Numbered from the stretch's first letter, positions 41,425 through 51,259 are shown. The stretch is DNA of 64,000 nucleotides from an uncultured Aliarcobacter sp. (GCA_963664305.2 CAXXLV010000002.1:896001-960000); one strand, 5' to 3'. Made by a program: numbers and translations. Notes: generated from the sequence alone by a model not told the origin.

Positions 41425-41884
41425 ATAAATCAATTACCATTGCAATTTCATCACAAATTGGAAAGTGTTTACATCTAATACAATCTGCCCAAATTTTGTG
41501 TTCAGGTATCTCTTCTTTTGAAATTTCTCTAAAACCACAACTTTCAAAAAAACCTTTTTCATAAGTTAAAGATAAAACTTGTTTTATTCCATATTGTTTT
41601 GCTTCATTAATACAAGCTTCAACTAGTTTTTTACCAAGTTTCAATCCTCTAAACTCTTTTCCAACAACTAAACTTCTTACTTCAGCAAGTCTTGGAGAAT
41701 GAATATGAGTTGCCGTAAATCCTGCTAATTTTCCATCAACTTCTACAACTGTATAAGAACGAATTGTTGTAGCCATCTCATCTTCAGTTCTAAGTAAGAT
41801 TTTTCCTTTTTCAACTTCTTCTTTTACTAATGCTTGCATTAAAGGTATATCAGCAACTGTTGGCTTATAAAATCTAATTTCCAA
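41423..41884 (-). CDS. argA: Short GNAT N-acetyltransferase, probable N-acetylglutamate synthase
   Basis: ILLR, LAEVRSLVV, SLTY...FF...GF, KIWADCIRCKHFPICDE. Confidence 0.8.
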   Translation of the reverse strand: MEIRFYKPTVADIPLMQALVKEEVEKGKILLRTEDEMATTIRSYTVVEVDGKLAGFTATHIHSPRLAEVRSLVVGKEFRGLKLGKKLVEACINEAKQYGIKQVLSLTYEKGFFESCGFREISKEEIPEHKIWADCIRCKHFPICDEIAMVIDL

Positions 41885-42476
41885 ATAAATATCCTGTAAT
41901 TTTATTTTGAAGGTCCATTATACCTCTTTTTTTAAGGTTTGATATAAAAATACCTTCTGGATAAATTCTTTTTAATTGTGCTAAATCGTTTTGTTTTAAT
42001 TTATCAGTTTTTGTAAAAGCATGAACAATAATTTGGTCACCTCTTTTAATTTCATTTAAAAATTCATCAACGTTTTTATCAATTTCAAGTTCTGGATGTC
42101 TTGAATCAATTAAATGTACAAAGATTTGTAAATTAGGTCTTAACTGCAAATATTCAGTTAAATTCTTATTCCACTGAGCTTTTAAACTTTTTGCAACTTT
42201 TGCATAACCAAATCCAGGTAAATCAACAAATCTTGAATAAATATAAGGCATTTCTTCATTTTCAGTTTTGAACTTAATTTCAAAATAGTTTATTAATTGT
42301 GTTTTACCTGGTGTTGAAGATGATTTTGCTAAACCATTTCTATTTGTTAACGTATTTAAAAGTGAAGATTTCCCAACATTAGATCTACCTAAAAATGCCA
42401 CTTCTGCTACATTTGGAGCTGGTGAGTCATTTACACTTTGAGCAGATTGCAAAAATTTTGCATCAACTATTTTCAT
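41874..42476 (-). CDS. engB: Ribosome biogenesis GTPase YihA/YsxC
   Basis: GRSNVGKSS, PGKTQLINYF, DLPGFGYA, TKTDK. Confidence 0.95.
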   Translation of the reverse strand: MKIVDAKFLQSAQSVNDSPAPNVAEVAFLGRSNVGKSSLLNTLTNRNGLAKSSSTPGKTQLINYFEIKFKTENEEMPYIYSRFVDLPGFGYAKVAKSLKAQWNKNLTEYLQLRPNLQIFVHLIDSRHPELEIDKNVDEFLNEIKRGDQIIVHAFTKTDKLKQNDLAQLKRIYPEGIFISNLKKRGIMDLQNKITGYLFGN

Positions 42477-42967
42477 TGATTTGTTCCTTTATTTTCGCCA
42501 CGGTTTACATTAATGATAAATCTAACTGGTTTATTTTCGCTACCTTTTACTTTAGCTTCACCACTTATTTGATTTACATAAATTGTATCACCATATACTT
42601 TTCTATCATCATTTTTTTCTTGTAAAAATCCATTTCCAATAATTGTATACTCTTGTTTTTGTGGAGAATAAATAATTTTATCTCCATTACCAATATAATG
42701 TTTATCTTGAGTAACTATTTCAAAATCAGCTTTTCCTGTAGCTTCATATTTTAATGGTACTTTTTTATTCTCTTTATCTGTTGCAAAATAAACATCTACT
42801 CTATTTGCATTTAATTTATCTTGTCCCATTTTTATTTTTACATCACCTGTAAAAATAGAAATACCTTTTTTATCATCTGCTTGAAAATCTTGAGCATCAA
42901 TTACTAAAGTTTCAGTTTGAGCAAATAAAAGTGTAGAACATAATAGAGTTCCAATTAAATATTTCAT
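42473..42967 (-). CDS. lptA: LPS transport periplasmic protein LptA
   Basis: Signal peptide, beta-jellyroll pattern (FTGDVKI, ATG), follows lptC and kdsC. Confidence 0.88.
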   Translation of the reverse strand: MKYLIGTLLCSTLLFAQTETLVIDAQDFQADDKKGISIFTGDVKIKMGQDKLNANRVDVYFATDKENKKVPLKYEATGKADFEIVTQDKHYIGNGDKIIYSPQKQEYTIIGNGFLQEKNDDRKVYGDTIYVNQISGEAKVKGSENKPVRFIINVNRGENKGTNQ

Positions 42968-43509
42968 TTTTTTCCTTTTAAATTTTTATCAACATCTATT
43001 TCAAAATGTGCATTTTTTGCAGTAATATAATCATTATTTATATCTAAATATAAATTTGTACCTTTAAAAAAATGAGTATTATATATACTTTCAAAAGGTT
43101 TACTGTTTTTTGCTATTTTATTTATATCATCATAAATTAATTCGTTTGTATCTACTTTTATGAAATTATCTCTTTTATATTTTACATTGTTTGTTAAAGT
43201 ATAAACATCGCCTTTTTTAACTATTAAATCAGCTTTTAAATTTTCACTATTAAAATCTTTTGATTTGTCCTGATTTTTCAAAGTAATATTTGCATTAAAC
43301 ATTTCATCTCTTTTTTCATATTTAACAGCTTGATCTGCGATAACAATCCTATGTACGCTTTTATCATCTAAAGTATACATTATTGGTTTTTCAAAAACAA
43401 CTAAAGGTAAATCCTTTTCAGCTGTATTCTTTTTTAAATTATTTACTGGAATAAAATATGAAACTGTTGCTATAAATAAAAGAGCAAATAAAAAAGATTT
43501 TATACCCAT
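42964..43509 (-). CDS. lptC: LPS export protein LptC-like
   Basis: Single N-terminal TM plus beta-rich domain, between kdsC and lptA. Confidence 0.75.
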   Translation of the reverse strand: MGIKSFLFALLFIATVSYFIPVNNLKKNTAEKDLPLVVFEKPIMYTLDDKSVHRIVIADQAVKYEKRDEMFNANITLKNQDKSKDFNSENLKADLIVKKGDVYTLTNNVKYKRDNFIKVDTNELIYDDINKIAKNSKPFESIYNTHFFKGTNLYLDINNDYITAKNAHFEIDVDKNLKGKK

Positions 43510-43997
43510 GCGTTTAAAAAATCCTCTTCTAATCCATCTTCTTTAAATATATATTCAAGCATTTCTCTTACTGCTCCATTTCCACCACTATTTTGACAAA
43601 TTACATGTACAAAATCTTTCAAATAATGTGTTCCATTAGCTGGTGTAAAAGAAAGCCCAGCTTTTTTTAACATATTATAATCATTTAAATCATCACCAAT
43701 AGCTGCAACTTGATTCCAATTTAATCCTTCTTTTTCAAGGATTTTTTCTAAAACTTCTTGTTTATTTTTAATACCTTGATATAAATGAGTAATATTTAGT
43801 TCTTTTGCTCTTTTTTCAACTATTGAAGAGTTTCTTCCTGTTATTATTGCAGCTTTTTTACCAAAGTTTTTTGTCCAAACAGCTATTGCTAAACCATCAG
43901 CAACATCAAATGATTTTGTCTCTTCACCTGTTGAAGTATAAGAGATTTTACCATCTGTTAAAGTTCCATCAACATCTAAAACAATTAATTCAATCAT
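43500..43997 (-). CDS. kdsC: KDO 8-phosphate phosphatase
   Basis: LDVDGTLTDG, IITGR, IGDDLND, GGNGAVRE. Confidence 0.94.
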   Translation of the reverse strand: MIELIVLDVDGTLTDGKISYTSTGEETKSFDVADGLAIAVWTKNFGKKAAIITGRNSSIVEKRAKELNITHLYQGIKNKQEVLEKILEKEGLNWNQVAAIGDDLNDYNMLKKAGLSFTPANGTHYLKDFVHVICQNSGGNGAVREMLEYIFKEDGLEEDFLNAWV

Positions 43998-44566
43998 AAA
44001 ACACCTTTTGTACTAGGAATTCCTAATTTTTCATTTTTAACTAATGCTCGTCTTAAAGCTACCGCAAAAGCTTTAAATGAAGCTTCTAAAATATGATGTT
44101 TATTTCTTCCTCTATCTTGAATAATATGAGCTGTAATTCCTGCATTTCCTACAAGTGCATGAAAAAATTCTTCAACAAGTTCAACATCAAATTCTCCAAC
44201 TTTTCCACTTACATTTACTTCATAAACTAAATATGGTCTATTTGATAAATCTAAAGCACAAGTTGTAGCTGCTTCATCCATAACAACTGTTGCATTTCCA
44301 TATCTTTCAACGGCAGTAATTGGGAAAATTGCTTTTTTTAAAGCTTGACCTAAAACTATTCCACAATCTTCAACTGTATGATGCGCATCAATATGTAAAT
44401 CACCATCACATGATAAATCAATATCAATTCCACTATGTTTTGATAAAGCTTCCAACATATGGTCAAAAAATCCAACACCAGTTTGGATATTAGATTTACC
44501 ACAACCCTCTATTTGTATTTTACATTTAATATCTGTTTCTTTTGTTTTTCTATTAATTTCTACCAT
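43994..44566 (-). CDS. hisB: Imidazoleglycerol-phosphate dehydratase
   Basis: RKTKETDI, FFDHML, DAHHTVED, NKHHILEA, PSTKGVL. Confidence 0.97.
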   Translation of the reverse strand: MVEINRKTKETDIKCKIQIEGCGKSNIQTGVGFFDHMLEALSKHSGIDIDLSCDGDLHIDAHHTVEDCGIVLGQALKKAIFPITAVERYGNATVVMDEAATTCALDLSNRPYLVYEVNVSGKVGEFDVELVEEFFHALVGNAGITAHIIQDRGRNKHHILEASFKAFAVALRRALVKNEKLGIPSTKGVL

Positions 44567-44575
44567 TTTAATTTC

Positions 44576-45577
44576 CTATTTAATAACCATTGCATTAGTT
44601 AAACCATTAGAATTTTTAAATCTTTGAGCCTCTTCATAACTTTTGAAACCTTTGATAAATACTTTATACAAAGTTTTACCATTTACAAAAGCTTTTTCAG
44701 ATTCAACCTTATTTGAACTAAATTTTCTTTGATAATCACTTACAGTTTTTTGAGCACCTTCAATTTTACTAAATGCTCCAACTTGAAGACTATAAATTCC
44801 AGTTGAAATAGGTGCAACTTTTGGTTTATTATTTACAACAACTGGTGCTTTATTTACAGTATTTACAGTTGGCGTTTTTACTGTAGTTTTTGCAACTATT
44901 GGTGTTCCTACTGTTGGAGGAATTGTAACATTTGTTGTTGTAATTTTATCCTCTTTTATATCTAAAGGTTCAAGTGCATCTACTTTTTCTACTTGATTTG
45001 ATGGTTTAACTTCACTTTGAGCCAATTCAGTATATGGTGCATTTTTATTTTCTATTTCACCATTATATCCAAGAACTGTGATTTTTACATTTGCAGTTCC
45101 TCGTCTAACCATATCTATTTCATTGGCTGCTTTATTTGATAAGTCAATGATTCTTCCTTTAACAAAAGGTCCTCTGTCATTTACCCTAACAATTATTGAT
45201 TTACCATTATCTAAGTTATCAACTCTTAATACTGTATTCATTGGTAAAGTTTTATGAGCTGCTGTCATATCATACATATTATAAACTTCACCATTTGAAG
45301 TTCTTTTAGAGTGAAAGTCTGGTCCATACCAAGATGCAATACCTTCAAAATTATCTCCAATATTTGCAATAAAAGGATAATATTTTATACCAAATACACT
45401 ATAAGGTCTCATTGTATATTTATGCATTTCTTTTGAATTATTTATTTTAGAGTTTTTTGTATCTTTATAAAATTTCAAATAATCATCACTATAATTCTTT
45501 TGTGAACATCCTGTAAACAAAAATAGACTTGAAAATCCTAAAAATAAACTATATTTTATACTACTTATAAATTTCAA
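44576..45577 (-). CDS. rlpA: Septal ring lytic transglycosylase RlpA lipoprotein with SPOR domain
   Basis: Lipobox FTGC, GIASWYG, TAAHKTLP, VNDRGPF, LQVGAF. Confidence 0.94.
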   Translation of the reverse strand: MKFISSIKYSLFLGFSSLFLFTGCSQKNYSDDYLKFYKDTKNSKINNSKEMHKYTMRPYSVFGIKYYPFIANIGDNFEGIASWYGPDFHSKRTSNGEVYNMYDMTAAHKTLPMNTVLRVDNLDNGKSIIVRVNDRGPFVKGRIIDLSNKAANEIDMVRRGTANVKITVLGYNGEIENKNAPYTELAQSEVKPSNQVEKVDALEPLDIKEDKITTTNVTIPPTVGTPIVAKTTVKTPTVNTVNKAPVVVNNKPKVAPISTGIYSLQVGAFSKIEGAQKTVSDYQRKFSSNKVESEKAFVNGKTLYKVFIKGFKSYEEAQRFKNSNGLTNAMVIK

Positions 45578-46829
45578 TTTTCTCTCCTACTTTTATCAAA
45601 TTACTGTTTTTGTTATTATCAGCTTTTAATTTTTTTGCATCAATATTGTATTTTTTTGCAATTGATAAAAAAGAATCACCTTTTTTTACAATATAAATTA
45701 TTGGCTCTTTTTTTGTTGTTATTTTTTTTGTTTGAGGTACTTTGTTATTCTCTTTTGAATTTACATTTTTCTTAACATCTTTTTTAACCTCAGTTACAAC
45801 AGGAGCTTTAACTATCATTATTTTTTGATTATAAGCTTCTACTTTATCATGAGGTATATAGATATTATAAAGCTTTGAATCTGTTGGTAAAGACTCTTTT
45901 TTTATGTGTTTGTTTATACTTCTAAATTCATTGTAATTCATACCTACAATATTTGCTAATGATTTTAATTGTAAACCTTTATGAGCTTTTACTTTTTCTA
46001 ATTGATATTTACTTTTTTTATCTATACTTTTAAATAAATCTCTATTTGCAATTATTGAAAATGCTACTATTTTTTGAAGATAAACTAAACTACTGTCTGG
46101 AAGATAATCGTTTGATTTATTGTTTCTAACTATATATGAAAAATCTAAATTCCCATCTCTTTTTCCTAAATGATTATATATTTCATATAAATCACTTAAA
46201 CCAGATTTATTCTTTTTATATTCATCTAAATAACTTTGATAAACCTTTATTCTTGAATCATCAGCTTTAGTTGGATTTTCTTCTAAATATTTATCTAAAG
46301 AAGCTTTAGCCATTCCATAGATAACTCTTCCTTCACCACAATTATATGCTAAAAGAGCCAAATACCATTTGTCTAACTTTTTATAATACTTTCTTAAATA
46401 ACTACTTGCAGCATTTGTTGATTTGATTAAATCCAATCTTTCGTCAATAAATTCATCATTTCTTAACTTAAGATTTGTTGCTGTTTGTGGCATTATTTGC
46501 CAAATTCCTGCAGGATTTTTTTTACCATTTAATTGATTTGAAAAACTTGATTCAAGCATTGGAATAAAAAATATTGCTTGAGGCAAATTTTCATTTTCTA
46601 TTTCTTCACGCACAATTTGAGCATTTAAAGATGATTTTTTTAAGATATTATTGTAATAATTTATATTTTGACTTGATGAATATTCTTTGAATATTGATTG
46701 AAAAGATGATTCATTTATAAAAGAAGTTTCAATATCTAAATCTTTTAAAACTTTTAAATCACTCTCATCTGTAATATTAGCTAATAAACTATTTACTAAA
46801 ATAAGTATTATAAAAAAAATTTTATTCAA
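45561..46829 (-). CDS. mltD: Lytic transglycosylase with LysM domain (MltD-like)
   Basis: MLESSF, AGIWQIMP, DERLD, AYNCGEG, YIVKKGDSFLSIAKKY. Confidence 0.88.
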   Translation of the reverse strand: MNKIFFIILILVNSLLANITDESDLKVLKDLDIETSFINESSFQSIFKEYSSSQNINYYNNILKKSSLNAQIVREEIENENLPQAIFFIPMLESSFSNQLNGKKNPAGIWQIMPQTATNLKLRNDEFIDERLDLIKSTNAASSYLRKYYKKLDKWYLALLAYNCGEGRVIYGMAKASLDKYLEENPTKADDSRIKVYQSYLDEYKKNKSGLSDLYEIYNHLGKRDGNLDFSYIVRNNKSNDYLPDSSLVYLQKIVAFSIIANRDLFKSIDKKSKYQLEKVKAHKGLQLKSLANIVGMNYNEFRSINKHIKKESLPTDSKLYNIYIPHDKVEAYNQKIMIVKAPVVTEVKKDVKKNVNSKENNKVPQTKKITTKKEPIIYIVKKGDSFLSIAKKYNIDAKKLKADNNKNSNLIKVGEKIEIYK

Positions 46830-46864
46830 AAAGTCCTCTTTTCTTAATATAGTCTAGATTATAT

Positions 46865-47653
46865 CTAAGAAAGACTAGAAAACTCTTTAAATAATTTTTT
46901 TGCATTATTTGTTGTTAATTCTTGAATATCTTCATCACTAATTTCTAATAATTCTGACATCTTTTTAGAAACAAAAACTGTATAAAAAGGCTCATTTCTT
47001 TCACCTCTATGAGGATGTGGTGTTAAATAAGGTGCATCTGTTTCAATCAATAATTTATCTTTAGGAATTTTTGGCAAAATTTCAACTAATTTTTTTGCAT
47101 TTTTAAAAGTTAATACTCCACCTATTCCAAAATAAAAATTATGTTCAGCTAAAGGAAGTAAATGTTCACTTGCATTAAAACAGTGTAAAACTCCACCAAC
47201 CTCTTTTGCATTATAATCTATCAAAATTTGTCGTGAATCATTTGAAGCATCTCTAATATGAATAATTAAAGGTTTTTTTACTTTTTTTGCAAATTCTATT
47301 TGAGAAATAAAAACTTCTTTTTGTTTTTTTATATTCTCAATTTTTTCTTCTTCATTTTCAGGTAATCTAAAATAATCTAGTCCACATTCACCAATAGCGA
47401 TACATTTAGGATGATTTACATACTTTTCCATCATTTCTTCATTGTACATATCTATATCATATGGATGAATTCCAACTGCAAAATATACTTCATCATATTT
47501 TTCAGCTAACTCAACTGCTTTTGGTAAATCATTAAAATCAGCTCCAGGGATTAAAAATCCCTTTACACCATGACTTAGTGCATTAGAAATAACACTATCT
47601 ATGTCTTCGTAGTATTGTTTGTTGTCTAAATGACAATGAGTATCTATAATTAT
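46865..47653 (-). CDS. tatD: TatD family hydrolase/DNase; conserved N-terminus starts at a non-canonical ATA
   Basis: The frame stays open 68 codons upstream of the track's start: ATA ATT ATA GAT ACT CAT TGT CAT = (M)IIDTHCHLD, AAGGA 7 nt upstream. Also GIHP, IGECGLDY, IHIRDA, LHCF, ETDAPYL. Confidence 0.92.
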   Translation of the reverse strand: MIIDTHCHLDNKQYYEDIDSVISNALSHGVKGFLIPGADFNDLPKAVELAEKYDEVYFAVGIHPYDIDMYNEEMMEKYVNHPKCIAIGECGLDYFRLPENEEEKIENIKKQKEVFISQIEFAKKVKKPLIIHIRDASNDSRQILIDYNAKEVGGVLHCFNASEHLLPLAEHNFYFGIGGVLTFKNAKKLVEILPKIPKDKLLIETDAPYLTPHPHRGERNEPFYTVFVSKKMSELLEISDEDIQELTTNNAKKLFKEFSSLS

Positions 47654-47667
47654 TTTTTAATCCTTAA

Positions 47668-47973
47668 TTACGATAAAAATCTTTTATTTACTAAGTTAAT
47701 AATATTGTTAATTTGTGAAATGTCTCCAGCTTTAATCCAAGCACTAATTCCAAAATTTTTAAAAGCATCATAATCACTGTCATCTTCGATTACAGCAATA
47801 GATACAAATTTTTCTTTACAAACACTGTGTTTATTTTCTTCAAATTCAAATATTGAATCAATATTTATAATTGCAATATCTGCTTCTCCACTTGTACCTG
47901 ATTGAAAATGTTCAACAGTAAACTCTGGACTAAATAAAGACTCATCAATATCACAAAATGTTACAATTTTCAT
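47668..47973 (-). CDS. Hypothetical protein, possibly a degenerate receiver domain
   Basis: 101 aa, GGTGG RBS, alternating beta/alpha pattern. Confidence 0.7.
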   Translation of the reverse strand: MKIVTFCDIDESLFSPEFTVEHFQSGTSGEADIAIINIDSIFEFEENKHSVCKEKFVSIAVIEDDSDYDAFKNFGISAWIKAGDISQINNIINLVNKRFLS

Positions 47974-48023
47974 ATTACCACCTTTGTATTTTTATTAATT
48001 ATTCTATCTAAAAGATTATTAAA

Positions 48024-49352
48024 TTATAAGATATACCTTGCTGTATCAACATTTTCAACAATATCATCTAATTTTTCTGAAACAAGTTCTTTTGTAACAA
48101 TAACTTTTGTTCCTTTTTTTTCATCTGCTTCAAAAGAGATATCTTCAATAACTTTTTCAATAACAGTATGTAATCTTCTAGCACCAATATCTTCTGTTTT
48201 TTCATTTGCTGTAACAGAATATTTTGCAAACGCTCTTATTGCTTCATCATCAAATTCTAAATCAACACCTTCAACTTCTAGAAGTGCTTGGTATTGTCTT
48301 AAAAGTGAATTTTTTGTATTTGTTAATATTCTATATAAAGCATCTTCATCTAAAGACTCTAACTCAACTCTTAGAGGAAATCTTCCTTGAAGTTCTGGAA
48401 TTAAATCACTTGGTTTTGAAACATGGAATGCACCAGCAGCTATAAATAAAATATGATCTGTTTTTATTTGTCCAAATTTTGTTTGAACACTACTTCCTTC
48501 AACTATAGGAAGTAAATCTCTTTGTACTCCCTCTTTTGATGGATCTTGTCCATTATTTTTCTTACCTGAAGCAATTTTATCAATTTCATCTAAGAAAATA
48601 ATTCCACCATTTTCACATCTTTTTAAAGCTTCAACTTTTATAGCTTCAGTATCAAGTAAACTTTCACTTGCAACACTTCTTAATAAAACTTTTGCATCTT
48701 TGATTAAAACTTCTTTTTTAATTGTATCTTTATTTAATCCACCTAACATTTTGTTTAGGCTTTCTTGCATAGAACTCATATCAAAAGGCATTGATGAATC
48801 TAAAATTTCTATATGTGCTTTTTTAGGAATTTCTATCTCTATTTTTTTATCATCTAAAGAACCATCAAGAAGTTTCTTTTCCATTGTGTTATAAGTTTTA
48901 ATAAATGACTCTTTTGCACTTTCACTTGCAGTTTCAGGAAGCGGAGGAACTAATTTTTCAATAATTTTTCTATTTACTTCATCATCTATTTTGTCTTTGA
49001 TTTTTTCTTCAAACTCTCTTGTAACTAGATTTATACCTTCATAAACTAAATCTCTAATCATTGATTCAACATCACGACCTACAAATCCAACTTCAGTATA
49101 TTTACTTGCTTCCACTTTAACAAAAGGCAGTCCCATCATTTTTGCAAGTCTTCTTGCAATTTCAGTTTTACCAACTCCAGTGCTTCCTATCATTAAAATA
49201 TTTTTAGGCATTATCTCTTCTTGAAGTTTTGGTTCAACCATCATTCTTCTATATCTATTTCTTAAAGCTAATGCAATTGTTTTTTTTGCATTTTTTTGCC
49301 CAATGATATAATCATCTAAATAAGCAACTATTTGCTTTGGTGTCATATCCAT
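48024..49352 (-). CDS. hslU: ATP-dependent protease ATPase subunit HslU
   Basis: GSTGVGKTEIARR, GFVGRDVES, FLDEIDK, PELQGRFP, IGARRL. Confidence 0.97.
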   Translation of the reverse strand: MDMTPKQIVAYLDDYIIGQKNAKKTIALALRNRYRRMMVEPKLQEEIMPKNILMIGSTGVGKTEIARRLAKMMGLPFVKVEASKYTEVGFVGRDVESMIRDLVYEGINLVTREFEEKIKDKIDDEVNRKIIEKLVPPLPETASESAKESFIKTYNTMEKKLLDGSLDDKKIEIEIPKKAHIEILDSSMPFDMSSMQESLNKMLGGLNKDTIKKEVLIKDAKVLLRSVASESLLDTEAIKVEALKRCENGGIIFLDEIDKIASGKKNNGQDPSKEGVQRDLLPIVEGSSVQTKFGQIKTDHILFIAAGAFHVSKPSDLIPELQGRFPLRVELESLDEDALYRILTNTKNSLLRQYQALLEVEGVDLEFDDEAIRAFAKYSVTANEKTEDIGARRLHTVIEKVIEDISFEADEKKGTKVIVTKELVSEKLDDIVENVDTARYIL

Positions 49353-49358
49353 ATTTTA

Positions 49359-49895
49359 TTAATCCTCTAACTTCAATATTTTTATATTTTGATTTGTATA
49401 AATACAAAGTTCACCAGCAATCATAAGTGATTCTCTTACAAGTTCTTCTTCATCTAAAGTAGAATGCTTTGCAAGTGCTCGTGCAGCTGAAATAGCAAAA
49501 TTTCCACCACTTCCAATTGAAGCAATTGCTCCATCTTCTGGTTCAACAACATCACCATTTCCACTTAAAATAAATATTTTCTCTTTATTTAAAACTATCA
49601 TCATAGCTTCTAATCTTCTTAAAACTTTATCTTTTCTCCACTCTTTTGAAAAAGCGATTACTGATTTTAATAAATCACCTTTACAAGCTTCTAAATGTCC
49701 TTCAAACATATCAAAAAGATTAAAAGCATCTGCTGTACTTCCTGCAAATCCTGCAAGAATTTGGTCTTTATATAAAGTTCTAATTTTTGTTGCATTTCCT
49801 TTTAAAACTGTATTTCCAAAAGTAACTTGACCATCACCACCAATTACAGCTTTATTTTTACCTTTATAGGCAAGTATAGTTGTAGCATCAAACAT
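49359..49895 (-). CDS. hslV: ATP-dependent protease subunit HslV
   Basis: [28 protein letters not shown]. Confidence 0.97.
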   Translation of the reverse strand: MFDATTILAYKGKNKAVIGGDGQVTFGNTVLKGNATKIRTLYKDQILAGFAGSTADAFNLFDMFEGHLEACKGDLLKSVIAFSKEWRKDKVLRRLEAMMIVLNKEKIFILSGNGDVVEPEDGAIASIGSGGNFAISAARALAKHSTLDEEELVRESLMIAGELCIYTNQNIKILKLED

Positions 49896-49898
49896 ATA

Positions 49899-50345
49899 CT
49901 ATTCTCCAATTATATCAACTTTTAAAGTTGCATGAATAGCATGTCCTAATTTACAATCAATTTCATAAATCCCGATAGATTTAATTTTTTTATCTAATGA
50001 AATATTCTTTTTATCTAAAATTATAGAAAATTGTTTTTCTAATTCTTCACTTACTTCTTTGTTTGTAACTGAACCAATTAAATGTCCATTTGCTCCAATT
50101 TTATGTTTAATAGTTAATTTAGTTGCATTTAATTTTTCAGCTAATTCTTTAGCATCAGCTATTTCTTGTTCTTCTTTTAGAGCTAATTTTTTTTGTTCTG
50201 ATTTCCATCTATTTAGTACTTCTGTTGTTGCATGTAAAGCTAAGCCTTTTCCAATTAAAAAATTTTTTCCATATCCATCAGCTACTTCTTTAATCTCTCC
50301 AGCTTTTCCTAAACTTTTTACATCTTTTGTTAATAATACTTTCAC
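49899..50345 (-). CDS. rplI: 50S ribosomal protein L9
   Basis: [31 protein letters not shown] start. Confidence 0.97.
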   Translation of the reverse strand: MKVLLTKDVKSLGKAGEIKEVADGYGKNFLIGKGLALHATTEVLNRWKSEQKKLALKEEQEIADAKELAEKLNATKLTIKHKIGANGHLIGSVTNKEVSEELEKQFSIILDKKNISLDKKIKSIGIYEIDCKLGHAIHATLKVDIIGE

Positions 50346-50415
50346 AATAACTCCATTCTATTTTAATTAAATTTATTTTACTATATTTTTTTTAAATGCT
50401 TCTAAAGAACAATTC

Positions 50416-51048
50416 TTACAGCTCTTTAGCTTTTAAATTTGTTTTTATTTTTCTTTTTTTAACATAATTATTCAATCCTATATGATTGTTATAACCTAAT
50501 AATTTTGAAATTTTACGTACACTTAATCCAACACTTAAAAGCTCTTCAATTTTATCTCTTTGTAAATCAAATTTAGATTTTTGAATAGTTCCTTTTGGTT
50601 TTCCTAAAGCCATACCATCAAGTTTTTTTGCAGTCAAAGCTTCTTTTGTTCTTAAACTCATCAACTCTTTTTCAAGACTTACTGTCATTGAAATAACACC
50701 TAAAATCATTTGAGTTAACATATCTTTATCATCTAATAAATCAAGATTTTGTTCAACAATTATAATTCTTATTTTATTTGTTAATAAAAATTTTACAATT
50801 TCTAATATAGTTTCAATTGTTCTTCCAAAAACATTTAAATTTGATACAATTATTGTTGAATTTTTTTCACAATTTTTAAGTAATTCTAAAATATTTTTCT
50901 CTTCACTTGGAGTACTAATTGTTATTTCAATATTCTTAGAAACTTGTATATTTTGTTTAGTTACGTATTTGTTTATTAGTTCAATTTGTTCTTGAGTATA
51001 TTTTTCATTATTTTCATTTTTTCTTACATAAGTAAAAATTTTTGACAT
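50416..51048 (-). CDS. Serine recombinase (resolvase/invertase) family protein with degenerate catalytic motifs
   Basis: FTYVR, TIIVSNLNVFGR, EKELMSLRTKEAL..KKLDG..LGKPKG, C-terminal HTH. Confidence 0.85.
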   Translation of the reverse strand: MSKIFTYVRKNENNEKYTQEQIELINKYVTKQNIQVSKNIEITISTPSEEKNILELLKNCEKNSTIIVSNLNVFGRTIETILEIVKFLLTNKIRIIIVEQNLDLLDDKDMLTQMILGVISMTVSLEKELMSLRTKEALTAKKLDGMALGKPKGTIQKSKFDLQRDKIEELLSVGLSVRKISKLLGYNNHIGLNNYVKKRKIKTNLKAKEL

Positions 51049-51088
51049 AAAAAATCCTTTTACATAAAGTAAATTAAAAATATTTTAT

Positions 51089-51107
51089 ATTAAACAATAT
51101 GTTTAAT
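51089..51107. promoter_or_regulatory. Inverted repeat upstream of the resolvase-like gene
   Basis: ATTAAACA-ata-TGTTTAAT. Confidence 0.45.
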
Positions 51108-51259
51108 TTTTATATATTATATTTATACAAAATGTTATCACTTCTAAAATTAATTTCAACTTACAAATAACGACAAGAATCAACTATTAGAAGTACGATT
51201 GAATTAAAAGTTTTTTTTTGCTATTATCAATCTTCATATATTAAAATTAAAGGTTTTTC

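Noticed and set aside
51211..51219. T9 homopolymer upstream of ubiX as a phase-variation tract
   Set aside because: T runs before an extended -10 (TGcTATTAT) are normal in such AT-rich promoters. No long poly-G/C tracts were seen.
50346..51259. Resolvase as the marker of a transposon or invertible segment
   Set aside because: The flanks are housekeeping genes, no terminal or paired inversion repeats were seen, and the catalytic Ser is missing.
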